From Actinomycetota bacterium (GTDB lineage: Bacteria; Actinomycetota; Thermoleophilia; Gaiellales; Gaiellaceae): 64,000 nucleotides of DNA. A program made the translations under genes and the position numbers. Numbering within the stretch: the first letter of the stretch is position 1; every line of letters begins with the position of its first letter. The stretch is taken from assembly GCA_003152275.1 (NCBI GenBank), contig PLZU01000021.1, positions 5,125 through 69,124 of the forward strand, given 5' to 3'. The notes under the pieces are model-generated. The model made no database searches and was not told the origin of the DNA. It worked only from the letters and a program-made list of their open reading frames with translations. Below, in pieces: positions 43,201 to 51,272 of the stretch.

Positions 43201-45255
43201 ATGCCCTCAGTCCTCCGTGCCGCGCTCGCAACATTCGCGCTCGCACTCGTGCTGCCGGGAAGCGCGCTCGCCGCGACCTCGGCGGGCCAGCCGTTCCCCA
43301 CCAATCTCGACACGACGGCGGACGCGACCCAGATCACCGGGCTTCGCGTCGACCTCCCGAAGCCGGACTGCACGACGCGCGTCTCCGACTGCCAGGACAT
43401 CGCCGTGCTCGACACGCTTGACGGCTTCGACATCCAGCCGCGCATCTCGATCCCCTTCTCGGGCCCGATCGACCTCTCGACGGTGACGAGCTCGAACATC
43501 TTCCTCGTTGGGCCCGGCGACCACGTCGTGGGCATCAACCAGGCCGAATGGGAGCCGGCGACGAACACGCTGCATTTCGAGAGCAACGACGAGCTGGCCC
43601 AGGACTCCACCTATCTCCTCGTCGTGACGCGTGGCGTCCATGACGCGAGCGGCGCGCCGCTCGACGCCACGACGTTCCGGCACGACCTGAATTTCGGCCA
43701 GACGAAGGATCCGGCCGCGAAGGCGTACCGCAAGGCGCTGCTCGATGCGCTGCCGATGGCGATGGCAGGCGGAGCGTCGCCGAGCGACATCGCCGACCTC
43801 AGTCTGTTCACCACGCAGAGCATCACCGCGATCTCGCAGAAGATCCGGGCGCAGCTACGCCCTACGCCGGTGAGCTTCACGCTCGGCTTGAACGGCGAGC
43901 GGACGGTGTTTCCGGTGTCATCCCTCGCCGCCATCCAGCTGCATCGTCAGAACGGGACGTCGACCTTCGCCAACTCGTTCGTGTTCGCGGCGGCATCGCC
44001 GCTCGCTTCGTTGCTCGCCGGCGTCGGGACGATCGCGTACGGGTCATACCCGTCACCTGACTACGAGACGAGCGCCGAGGTCATCCCTGCCGTGGGGACG
44101 AAGACCGGTATTCCGGCCGTCCAGTCCGTCAACAACCTCGAGTTCAGCCTGTGGCTGCCTGCCGGCACGCCTCCTGCCGGCGGCTGGCCGACGGCGATCT
44201 TCGGTCACGGCTTCACCGACTCGAAGGACGGTGCACCGCTTGCTGTCGCAGGCACGTTCGCTCGTAACGGCATCGCGACGATCGCGATCAACGTCGTCGG
44301 CCACGGCGGAGGGGCGCTCGGAACGTACACCGCCTTTTCGACGACGGGAGCGCCAGTCACGTTGCCGAGCGGCGGACGTGGCTTCGACCAGGACGGCAAC
44401 GGCACGATCGACTCGACCGAGGGCGTCAACGCGATCGGTGCGCAATCGCTGATCGGCAACCGTGACGGCCTGCGTCAGACGACGATCGATCTGATGCAGC
44501 TCGTCAAGGATCTGAAGGCCGGTATCGACGTCAACGGCGACGGCGTTCCGGATCTCAGCACGTCACGCATCTACTACGCGGGCCAGTCGTTCGGCGGCAT
44601 CTACGGCGTGCAGCTGCTCGGCCTCGAGCCGGACATTCGCGCCGGCGTGCCGAACGTCCCCGGTGGACCGATTATCGAGATCGCCCGGCTCAGCCCGTCG
44701 TTCAGACCGCTCGTCGGCATCTCGCTGATCACCCGGACGCCGTCGCTGTACAACAATCCGGCGCCGGATCCGTTCTTCACGAACTTCAACGAGGACATGC
44801 CGCTCCGGAACCTGCCGATCGTGACGGACACGGTCCCGGGTGCGTCGGCGATCCAGACGGTGATCGAGAACACCGCGTGGGCGCAGCAGGCCGCGAACCC
44901 CGTGGCCTACGCGCCCTTTATCACCGCGCCCGTGATCATCCAGTTCGCGCGCGGCGACGAGACCGTGCCGAACCCGACGGCGACGGCAATTCTCAGGTCG
45001 GGCCACCTCGCGTCACGCGCGACGCTATTCCGCAACGATCTCGCGGTTGCGGCGAATCCGGCGGTCTCACACAACCCGCACACGTTCCTGACCAACGTCT
45101 CCGGTGCAGGCGCTGTCTATGCGTTCGAAGCGCAGCAGCAGATGGCGACGTTCTTCACGAGCGACGGCGCGACGACGATCGATCCCGACGGCGCCGGGGT
45201 GTTCTTCGAGACGCCGACATCGATCCTCCCGGAGGATCTGGACTACCTCCCGTAA
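43201..45255 (+). CDS. secreted alpha/beta-fold hydrolase (lipase/esterase-like) with N-terminal Ig-like domain
   Basis: Signal peptide, GHGFTDSKDG and nucleophile elbow YYAGQSFGGIYG. Family assignment tentative. Confidence 0.55.
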   Translation: MPSVLRAALATFALALVLPGSALAATSAGQPFPTNLDTTADATQITGLRVDLPKPDCTTRVSDCQDIAVLDTLDGFDIQPRISIPFSGPIDLSTVTSSNIFLVGPGDHVVGINQAEWEPATNTLHFESNDELAQDSTYLLVVTRGVHDASGAPLDATTFRHDLNFGQTKDPAAKAYRKALLDALPMAMAGGASPSDIADLSLFTTQSITAISQKIRAQLRPTPVSFTLGLNGERTVFPVSSLAAIQLHRQNGTSTFANSFVFAAASPLASLLAGVGTIAYGSYPSPDYETSAEVIPAVGTKTGIPAVQSVNNLEFSLWLPAGTPPAGGWPTAIFGHGFTDSKDGAPLAVAGTFARNGIATIAINVVGHGGGALGTYTAFSTTGAPVTLPSGGRGFDQDGNGTIDSTEGVNAIGAQSLIGNRDGLRQTTIDLMQLVKDLKAGIDVNGDGVPDLSTSRIYYAGQSFGGIYGVQLLGLEPDIRAGVPNVPGGPIIEIARLSPSFRPLVGISLITRTPSLYNNPAPDPFFTNFNEDMPLRNLPIVTDTVPGASAIQTVIENTAWAQQAANPVAYAPFITAPVIIQFARGDETVPNPTATAILRSGHLASRATLFRNDLAVAANPAVSHNPHTFLTNVSGAGAVYAFEAQQQMATFFTSDGATTIDPDGAGVFFETPTSILPEDLDYLP

Positions 45256-45270
45256 GCACTGATGGGGCGG

Positions 45271-45276
45271 TACGGT
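45271..45276 (+). promoter_or_regulatory. -10-like TACGGT, 7 nt upstream of VOC GTG 45284
   Basis: TANNNT consensus. Confidence 0.4.
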
Positions 45277-45283
45277 TTCGGCC

Positions 45284-45667
45284 GTGCCGCCCCGTCTCGA
45301 CCACGTCGTGATCGCGGTCTCGGACTGGGAGCGGTCGAACGCGTTCTACCGGGACGTGCTCGGCGTCGAGGTGGTCGAGCTCGATCGCGGCCGGTACGCC
45401 TACCGGCTTCCGGACGGGCAGCAGCTGAACGTGCACGGGCCCGGCGCGACGCCGCACCCGCGCGCAGCCGATCCTGTGCGCCCCGGCAACAGCGACCTCT
45501 GCTTTGCGTGGGACGGCTCGCCCGACGGCGCCGTCGAGCATCTCCGCTCGCACGGTGTCGACGTCGAGCTCGGTCCTGTCGCGCGGCCCGGTGCTCGCGG
45601 CCTCGGGACGAGCGTGTACTTCCGAGACCCCGACGGCTCGCTGCTCGAGCTGATCGTGTACGAGTAG
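45284..45667 (+). CDS. VOC/glyoxalase family protein
   Basis: LDHVVIAVSDWERSNAFYRDVLG and YFRDPDGSLLELI. GTG start with TACGGT 7 nt upstream. Confidence 0.8.
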   Translation: MPPRLDHVVIAVSDWERSNAFYRDVLGVEVVELDRGRYAYRLPDGQQLNVHGPGATPHPRAADPVRPGNSDLCFAWDGSPDGAVEHLRSHGVDVELGPVARPGARGLGTSVYFRDPDGSLLELIVYE

Positions 45668-45670
45668 CCG

Positions 45671-46177
45671 GTGGACGTCGTAGATCAGCTCGCGCACGCG
45701 AGAATCGGAGCGACGCACAACCAGTACGCACGGTCGGAGTTGCGGCGCGACCGGCTGCGCGCTTACCTCGAGTCACGCGCGCACGCCGAGGTGATTCTCG
45801 TCGGCGAGGCCGCCGGCTACCGGGGTGCACGTGTCAGCGGTATCCCGTTCACATCCGAGAGGCAGCTGACCGGCGGAGGCCCCGCCGAAGCGAGTGCGAC
45901 GATCGTGCAGCGTGTGCTCGCGGAGCTCGACGTCACCGACGACGTGCTCCTCTGGAACGTTGTTCCGACGCATCCCGGCACAGCGAGGTCGAATCGCCGC
46001 CCGACCCGCTCAGAGGTACGCGCCGCGCGTCCGTTCCTCGACGAGTTGACGCGCGGCCGTCGCGTCATCGCCGTCGGACGCGTCGCTGCGGAGGTGCTTG
46101 CAGCGCCGTACGTTCGCCATCCTTCGCACGGTGGTGCGGCTGCTTTCGCCGAGGGCATCCGTACACTCGCGCTGTGA
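45671..46177 (+). CDS. uracil-DNA glycosylase superfamily protein
   Basis: Motif A-like VGEAAGYRGARVSGIPFTSE and motif B-like HPSHGG. Confidence 0.7.
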   Translation: MDVVDQLAHARIGATHNQYARSELRRDRLRAYLESRAHAEVILVGEAAGYRGARVSGIPFTSERQLTGGGPAEASATIVQRVLAELDVTDDVLLWNVVPTHPGTARSNRRPTRSEVRAARPFLDELTRGRRVIAVGRVAAEVLAAPYVRHPSHGGAAAFAEGIRTLAL

Positions 46178-46964
46178 GGGCGGACGTCCGGCGGAACGCC
46201 TTTCTGCTCGCCGGCTCGCTCGTCTGCAACTCCGGTGCATTTCAGCTCGCGGCCGCCCTCAGCTCGCTGACGCTTGTCGCCGTGACCGGTGTGAAGGGCA
46301 TCCTCGGCCTGGGGCCCGCGATCTTCCTCGCCGCCGGCGCGATCGCCGTCGGGCCGGCTGGGCGGCTGGTGGATCGCACCGGCCGCATGCCGGTGATTCG
46401 CGGCGGCTTCGTGCTCGGCGGCATCGGCTGCGGCACGGTTGCCGGCGGCTGCGCGGCGGAGTCGGCCTTCCTCGTCGGTCTTGGTCTCGCGCTCGCCGGC
46501 GGCCTCGTCGGCCCTTGGCTCCTCGGCATCCCGTTCATGGTGGCCGGCTTCATCGTCACGTCGTTCGTACGGCCCGACCCGATGGTGATCGCAGCGAGCT
46601 ATCCGGCCGAGCGCCACGACACCGGGACTGCTGCGCCGCTGCGCGAGATCCTGCGGCGGCCGGGTGTGGCGGCGGCGATCGTGGCCGTCGTCGTGAGCTT
46701 CTCGGTCATGGCGAGCGTCATGAATCTCTCGGGCTACGTCGCGGTCGGGCGCGGCCACAACGAGGGCGACGTCTTCACGATGATCGCGGACGCCTCGTGG
46801 GCTTCTCCGATCTGTGTGCGAGCTTCGTCGCGGCCGCCCTTGCCCTGCTCGGCGGCCTGGTCTACAGCGGCGCCGGCGTGACCGCGCTGGCACTCTGCGC
46901 GGCCGCGCTCGCGGCCATTCCGGGCCTCTGGCTCGCGGCCAGGCCGAAACCCGTCCTAACGTAG
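46174..46964 (+). pseudogene. decayed MFS transporter gene (frameshift plus apparent internal deletions)
   Basis: GTG 46174 overlaps the UDG stop. MFS-like TM segments run in one frame to about 46790 (..NLSGYVAVGRGHNEGDVFTMI). The high-GC3 coding signal then continues in another frame (LVGFSDLCASFVAAALALLGGLV...PKPVLT*, stop 46964). Total length is about 263 codons, against about 400 for a 12-TM MFS. Confidence 0.55.
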
Positions 46965-46972
46965 TTTTTCGC

Positions 46973-46978
46973 TACAAT
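46973..46978 (+). promoter_or_regulatory. -10-like TACAAT upstream of rplM (leadered)
   Basis: Near-consensus hexamer 38 nt upstream of ATG 47017. Confidence 0.45.
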
Positions 46979-46986
46979 CTCGCGTC

Positions 46987-47013
46987 GGCGGACGCCTCGT
47001 CCGCCTCTTTTCT
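46987..47013 (+). terminator. hairpin GGCGGAC-GCCTC-GTCCGCC followed by TCTTTTCT, in the rplM leader / after the MFS pseudogene
   Basis: Perfect 7-bp stem (46987-47005) plus a T-rich run (47006-47013) ending 3 nt before the rplM ATG. Confidence 0.45.
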
Positions 47014-47016
47014 GTG

Positions 47017-47451
47017 ATGAAGACCTATTCCGCCAAGCCGGGTGAGATCGCGCGCGAGTGGTATCTCGTCGATGCCGACGGGCTCACGCTCGGCCGGCTC
47101 GCGACCCTGATCGCCGACACCCTGCGCGGCAAGCTGAAGCCGCAGTACACGCCGCACGTCGATACGGGCGACTTTGTGATCGTCGTCAACGCCGAGAAAA
47201 TCCACGTGACAGGCAACAAGCTCGACCAGAAGATGTACTACCGCCACTCCGGCTATCCGGGCGGGCTCAAGAGCCGCACGCTGCGAGAGCAGCTCGACCG
47301 CCGCCCGACCGAGGTTCTTCGCAAAGCGGTTAAGGGAATGCTTCCGAAGAACCGCCTGGCGCGGCAGCAGCTCACGAAGCTCAAGATCTACGCGGGCCCC
47401 GAGCATCCGCACGGCCCGCAGAACCCAAAGCCTTTGCAAAGGGAGCAGTGA
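47017..47451 (+). CDS. rplM: 50S ribosomal protein L13
   Basis: [30 protein letters not shown]... Canonical L13. Confidence 0.95.
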   Translation: MKTYSAKPGEIAREWYLVDADGLTLGRLATLIADTLRGKLKPQYTPHVDTGDFVIVVNAEKIHVTGNKLDQKMYYRHSGYPGGLKSRTLREQLDRRPTEVLRKAVKGMLPKNRLARQQLTKLKIYAGPEHPHGPQNPKPLQREQ

Positions 47452-47452
47452 T

Positions 47453-47848
47453 TTGAGTCAGCTAGCCCAGTACCGCGGCACCGGCAAGCGCAAGACGTCC
47501 GTCGCACGCGTGATCCTTCGTCCCGGCGACGGCGCGACGTGGGTCAACGGCCGGACGCTCGATGATTACTTTCCGCGCCATATCTGGCGCACGATTGCCA
47601 CGTCGCCGTTCAAGGTGGCGGGCCTCGAGGGCCAGTACGACCTGCGCGTGCGCGTGCACGGCGGCGGGCTGACCGGCCAGGCCGGAGCCGTTCGTCACGG
47701 CATCGCCCGCGCGCTCGTGGAGGCGAACCCCGAGTTGCGTGTGGCGCTGAAGCGCGAAGGCTTCCTGACGCGCGACGCGCGCCAGGTGGAGCGCAAGAAG
47801 GCCGGCCTGCACAAGGCACGCAAGGCCCCGCAGTTCTCGAAGCGCTAG
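47453..47848 (+). CDS. rpsI: 30S ribosomal protein S9
   Basis: [12 protein letters not shown]...[19 protein letters not shown]...[18 protein letters not shown]. Canonical S9. TTG start. Confidence 0.95.
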   Translation: MSQLAQYRGTGKRKTSVARVILRPGDGATWVNGRTLDDYFPRHIWRTIATSPFKVAGLEGQYDLRVRVHGGGLTGQAGAVRHGIARALVEANPELRVALKREGFLTRDARQVERKKAGLHKARKAPQFSKR

Positions 47849-47930
47849 TCGTTCCAGTCGAGAGGAATCGCCCGGCAGGCCGGGAGATCAAAGGAGCTCG
47901 GCGATGACGTCCAGTTCAACGAGGCGCCAG

Positions 47931-48013
47931 CTAGTACATCCGGCCGTAAGTTCGGTTGGTTATCCGGCGAGACGCCGCCGGGAAGCTGCTGAACTTGCGG
48001 CCGGGTGTACTAG
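47931..48013 (+). repeat. 83-nt stem-loop: 23-bp inverted repeat between rpsI and glmM
   Basis: CTAGTACATCCGGCCGTAAGTTC (47931-47953) pairs with GAACTTGCGGCCGGGTGTACTAG (47991-48013): 21 Watson-Crick pairs and 2 G.U pairs in plus-strand RNA. Inner hairpin CCGGCG/CGCCGG at 47964-47981. Confidence 0.6.
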
Positions 48014-48016
48014 AGT
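48011..48016 (+). promoter_or_regulatory. -10-like TAGAGT, 8 nt upstream of glmM GTG 48025
   Basis: Overlaps the last 3 nt of the inverted-repeat 3' arm. Confidence 0.35.
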
Positions 48017-48024
48017 CCCGCGCC

Positions 48025-49290
48025 GTGGCGCGCAGCTACTTCGGTACTGATGGGGTTCGTGGCATCGTCGGCGAGTTTCTGACGCCTGAATTCGTTGAGA
48101 AGCTGGGAAAGGCTTCGGCGCTCTGGTCCGGACGCGGTCGGGTCTTCGTGGGCCGCGACACGCGTGCGTCCGGCGAAGAGCTCGAGGAGGCGTTCGCGCG
48201 CGGCGTCGCGTCGGCGGGAGGTTCTGCCGTCCTCGCAGGCGTCGTGCCGACGCCCGCGGCTGCGTTGCTCCGACTCGACCTCGGGGTGATCATCACTGCG
48301 TCGCACAACCCGCCCGAGTACAACGGCGTCAAGTTCTTCGACCACGACGGGCGCAAGTTGAGCGATGCGGCGGAGGAGGAGATCGAGGCGCTGCTCGACG
48401 CGCCCGCACGCGGAGGCGGTGAGATCGATCACATCGACGTTGCCGTCGACAGCTATCTCGAGCACGTGCTCGAGCGTTTCGGCTGTGACCTCCATGGCTT
48501 GCGCATTGCGGTCGACTGCGCGAACGGCTCGTACTCCGACATCGCGCCGCGTGCGTTCGCCGAACTGGGCGCGCATGTTGAGGCGATCGGGAACAAGCCC
48601 GACGGCAACAACATCAACGTCGGCTGCGGCGCGACCGACCTCGCTGCGTTGCAGCACCGAGTGACTGCGGGAAAGTTCGATCTGGGCATCGCGTTCGACG
48701 GCGACGGCGACCGCATGCTGGCGGTGGATGAAAAAGGTGCCGCGCTCGACGGCGACCAGATCGTCGCCATCCTCGCGCTTGCTCTCGACGTCGACCTCGT
48801 CGCCGTCACGACGATGACGAACCTCGGCTTCCACCGCCTGATGGAAGAGCGGGGCATTCGGGTCATCACGACCGACGTCGGCGATCGTTACGTGCTCGAA
48901 GCGCTGTACCGCGAAGGCGGCATCCTCGGCGGCGAGCAGTCGGGACACATCATCTTCCTGCGCGACCATGTCACCGGTGACGGTCTGGCTTCGGCGTTGC
49001 AGCTGTGCGGTGCGCTCGGCGGCCGGCGGTTGTCGGAAGCTGCCTCGCAGATGGAGCGGTATCCCCAGGTCAAGCAGAACCTGCCGCGCGCGGGCCGCGA
49101 GGAGCTCCCCGAAGGCTTGCGCGAGCAGGTCGAAGCGGTGAATGCGGAGCTCGGCGGCGGCGGCCGCGTGCTTGTACGGCCCTCCGGCACAGAGCCTGTC
49201 GTCCGTGTCCTCGCGGAGGCCCCAACGCAGGAGGAGGCCGAGGCCCTCTGTGCTAGGATCGCGTCGCTCGTGACCCAGGAGCTCGGCTGA
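48025..49290 (+). CDS. glmM: phosphoglucosamine mutase
   Basis: YFGTDGVRG at the N-terminus, the ITASHNP phosphoserine loop and GGEQSGH. Start set to GTG 48025 (TAGAGT 8 nt upstream). Confidence 0.93.
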   Translation: MARSYFGTDGVRGIVGEFLTPEFVEKLGKASALWSGRGRVFVGRDTRASGEELEEAFARGVASAGGSAVLAGVVPTPAAALLRLDLGVIITASHNPPEYNGVKFFDHDGRKLSDAAEEEIEALLDAPARGGGEIDHIDVAVDSYLEHVLERFGCDLHGLRIAVDCANGSYSDIAPRAFAELGAHVEAIGNKPDGNNINVGCGATDLAALQHRVTAGKFDLGIAFDGDGDRMLAVDEKGAALDGDQIVAILALALDVDLVAVTTMTNLGFHRLMEERGIRVITTDVGDRYVLEALYREGGILGGEQSGHIIFLRDHVTGDGLASALQLCGALGGRRLSEAASQMERYPQVKQNLPRAGREELPEGLREQVEAVNAELGGGGRVLVRPSGTEPVVRVLAEAPTQEEAEALCARIASLVTQELG

Positions 49291-49293
49291 TCT

Positions 49294-49311
49294 TCCCGCG
49301 ACGCGGCGGGA
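49294..49311 (+). terminator. hairpin TCCCGC-GACGCG-GCGGGA just after the glmM stop
   Basis: Perfect 6-bp stem with a 6-nt loop and no U-tract. Confidence 0.3.
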
Positions 49312-49396
49312 CGGTTACATAGCCGGGCTCGACGCGTTGTTCCAGCCCATTTCCAGGGGTTTCCGGCGGTCTGCGGCGGACAAAAGGAAGGTCGGG

Positions 49397-51235
49397 ATGT
49401 GCGGGATCATCGGATACGTGGGCGCGAGGGAGGCTAAGCCGCTGCTCTTGAGCGGGTTGCGCCGACTCGAGTACCGCGGGTACGACTCGGCCGGCATTGC
49501 CCTCCGCGAGGACAGCGGCCTCGACTACGTCCGCGCCGTCGGCAACCTCCAGAACCTCGTCGATGCGGCGGGCCCGAACGGCTCGACTACGCGCCACGGT
49601 CTCGGTCACACACGCTGGGCGACGCACGGGTCTGTCACCGAACTGAACGCGCATCCGCTGACCGGATGCGACGCGAGCAAGCTCGCGATCGTGCTCAACG
49701 GGATCGTCGAGAACTACCGTGAGCTGCGCAACAACCTGATCGCAGACGGTCACGCCTTCACGTCCGAGACCGACGCCGAAGTCGTCGTGCACATGCTCGA
49801 GCAGGAGTACGACGGCGATCTGGTGCAGGCGTTGACGCGCGTGTACCCGCAACTCGAGGGTCACTTCACGATCGTGGCGATTCACCACGACCAGCCGGAC
49901 CTACTCGTCGGCGTGCGAAATCAGACACCGCTCGTCGTCGGCCTCGGCCAGGGCGAGAACTTCCTCGCGTCGAACGTCGCCGCGTTTCTCGCGGAGACTC
50001 GCCGCGCGGTCTTCCCAGACGACGGGGAGATCGTCGAGATCACGCCCGCGGGCGCGCGCTTCTTCCATGACGGCGCCGAGATCGAGCATCCTGCGGTCGA
50101 GGAGCTCGACTGGGATGAGGAGGCCGCAGAGAAGGGCGGCTACGAGACGTTCATGCTCAAGGAGATCTACGAGCAGCCTGATGCCGTGCGCGAGACGATC
50201 GGCGACCGCGTGCGCGGCCACCAGCTCGTGCTCGACGCGCTCGGTCTCACCGAGCTCGAGGTTCGCAACCTGCGCCGCATCGTGATCGTCGCCGCCGGCA
50301 CCTCCTACCACGCTGGCGTCGTCGGCCGCTACATCATCGAGGAGTGGGCGCGTCTACCGGTCGAGCCCGACATCGCAAGCGAATGGATCTACCGCAACCC
50401 CGTGCTTTCCAGAGACACGCTCGTGATCGGGATCTCGCAATCGGGCGAGTCGCGCGACACGGTCAACGCCGTCAAGCTCGCGCGTGAGCGCGGCGCACGC
50501 ACGCTCGCCATCACGAACATGATGGGCACCCAGATCACGCGCGAAGTCGACGCAACGCTCTACACACGGTGCGGCATCGAGATCGGCGTCGCCGCGTCGA
50601 AGACCTTCACCGCGCAAGTCGCGCTGCTCAGTCTGCTCGCTCTCAAGCTGGCGGAGATCCGCCAGACGCTGCCGCAGGACGAGATCGAGTTCATCCTCGA
50701 CCGCCTGCACGAGCTGCCCGACCGGCTCGCCGAGTTCTTGAACGACGTCGACGCCGGCCGCCACCGCATCGACGACATAGCGCAGCGCTTCCACGATAAG
50801 CCCTTCTTCCTCTACCTCGGGCGGCACATCGGGCTACCCGTCGCGCTCGAGGGTGCGCTGAAGCTGAAAGAGATCTCGTACATCCCGGCCGACGCGTACT
50901 CGGCGGGCGAAATGAAGCACGGGCCGATCGCGATGCTCGAGGAGGGGACTCCCGTCGTCGTCGTCGCAACCGACAACCACGTGTACGAGAAGATCGTCTC
51001 CAACATCCAGGAGACGCGCGCGCGCGGCGCGCACGTGATCGCGATCGCAACCGAAGGCAACGAGGACATCCAGCATCACGCGGACGACGTCATCTACGTG
51101 CCGCGCACGCCGGCGTTCCTGCAGGCCGCACTCGCCGTCGTCCCGCTGCAGCTCCTTGCTTACCGCATTGCACGGTTGCGCGGGTTGAACGTCGACCAGC
51201 CGCGCAACCTGGCCAAGACGGTTACGGTCGAATGA
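49397..51235 (+). CDS. glmS: glutamine--fructose-6-phosphate aminotransferase
   Basis: MCGIIGYVG N-terminal nucleophile, two SIS domains and C-terminal LAKTVTVE. AAGGAAGG Shine-Dalgarno upstream. Confidence 0.95.
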   Translation: MCGIIGYVGAREAKPLLLSGLRRLEYRGYDSAGIALREDSGLDYVRAVGNLQNLVDAAGPNGSTTRHGLGHTRWATHGSVTELNAHPLTGCDASKLAIVLNGIVENYRELRNNLIADGHAFTSETDAEVVVHMLEQEYDGDLVQALTRVYPQLEGHFTIVAIHHDQPDLLVGVRNQTPLVVGLGQGENFLASNVAAFLAETRRAVFPDDGEIVEITPAGARFFHDGAEIEHPAVEELDWDEEAAEKGGYETFMLKEIYEQPDAVRETIGDRVRGHQLVLDALGLTELEVRNLRRIVIVAAGTSYHAGVVGRYIIEEWARLPVEPDIASEWIYRNPVLSRDTLVIGISQSGESRDTVNAVKLARERGARTLAITNMMGTQITREVDATLYTRCGIEIGVAASKTFTAQVALLSLLALKLAEIRQTLPQDEIEFILDRLHELPDRLAEFLNDVDAGRHRIDDIAQRFHDKPFFLYLGRHIGLPVALEGALKLKEISYIPADAYSAGEMKHGPIAMLEEGTPVVVVATDNHVYEKIVSNIQETRARGAHVIAIATEGNEDIQHHADDVIYVPRTPAFLQAALAVVPLQLLAYRIARLRGLNVDQPRNLAKTVTVE

Positions 51236-51238
51236 CCC

Positions 51239-51260
51239 TGGGGGAACCATGGTTCCCCCA
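51239..51260. terminator. perfect palindrome TGGGGGAACCATGGTTCCCCCA between convergent glmS and arfB (copy A)
   Basis: 22-nt perfect palindrome (11 complementary base pairs about a central CATG; as RNA, a roughly 9-bp stem closing a 4-nt loop) in the 37-nt convergent spacer. Shares the GGGGGAACC / ATGGTTCCCCC arms with 63381-63410. Confidence 0.55.
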
Positions 51261-51272
51261 CGAGCCCCGGCG

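Larger units (their letters stand above)
47904..48050 (+). other. possible 48-codon upstream ORF with strong Shine-Dalgarno, reading through the rpsI-glmM hairpin
   Basis: AAAGGAG (47890-47896) lies 7 nt before ATG 47904. The TGA at 48048-48050 lies 24 nt inside glmM in another frame. Third-position GC is low, so coding status is doubtful. Confidence 0.2.

Noticed and set aside
45262-46173. N-terminal 300 codons of the 539-aa plus-strand ORF
   Set aside because: This part overlaps the VOC and UDG-family genes in another frame and is Arg-rich junk. Only the part after GTG 46174 carries MFS-like helices.
47871-47884. Small hairpin CCCGG-CAGG-CCGGG after rpsI as a terminator
   Set aside because: It has only 5 bp and no U-tract. 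The much larger 23-bp inverted repeat 50 nt downstream is the more credible structure.
49291-49396. Possible glmS ribozyme upstream of glmS
   Set aside because: The spacer is only 106 nt. I could not find the conserved core segments of the glmS ribozyme as I remember them. A plain Shine-Dalgarno (AAGGAAGG) precedes the ATG. A covariance-model scan would be decisive.
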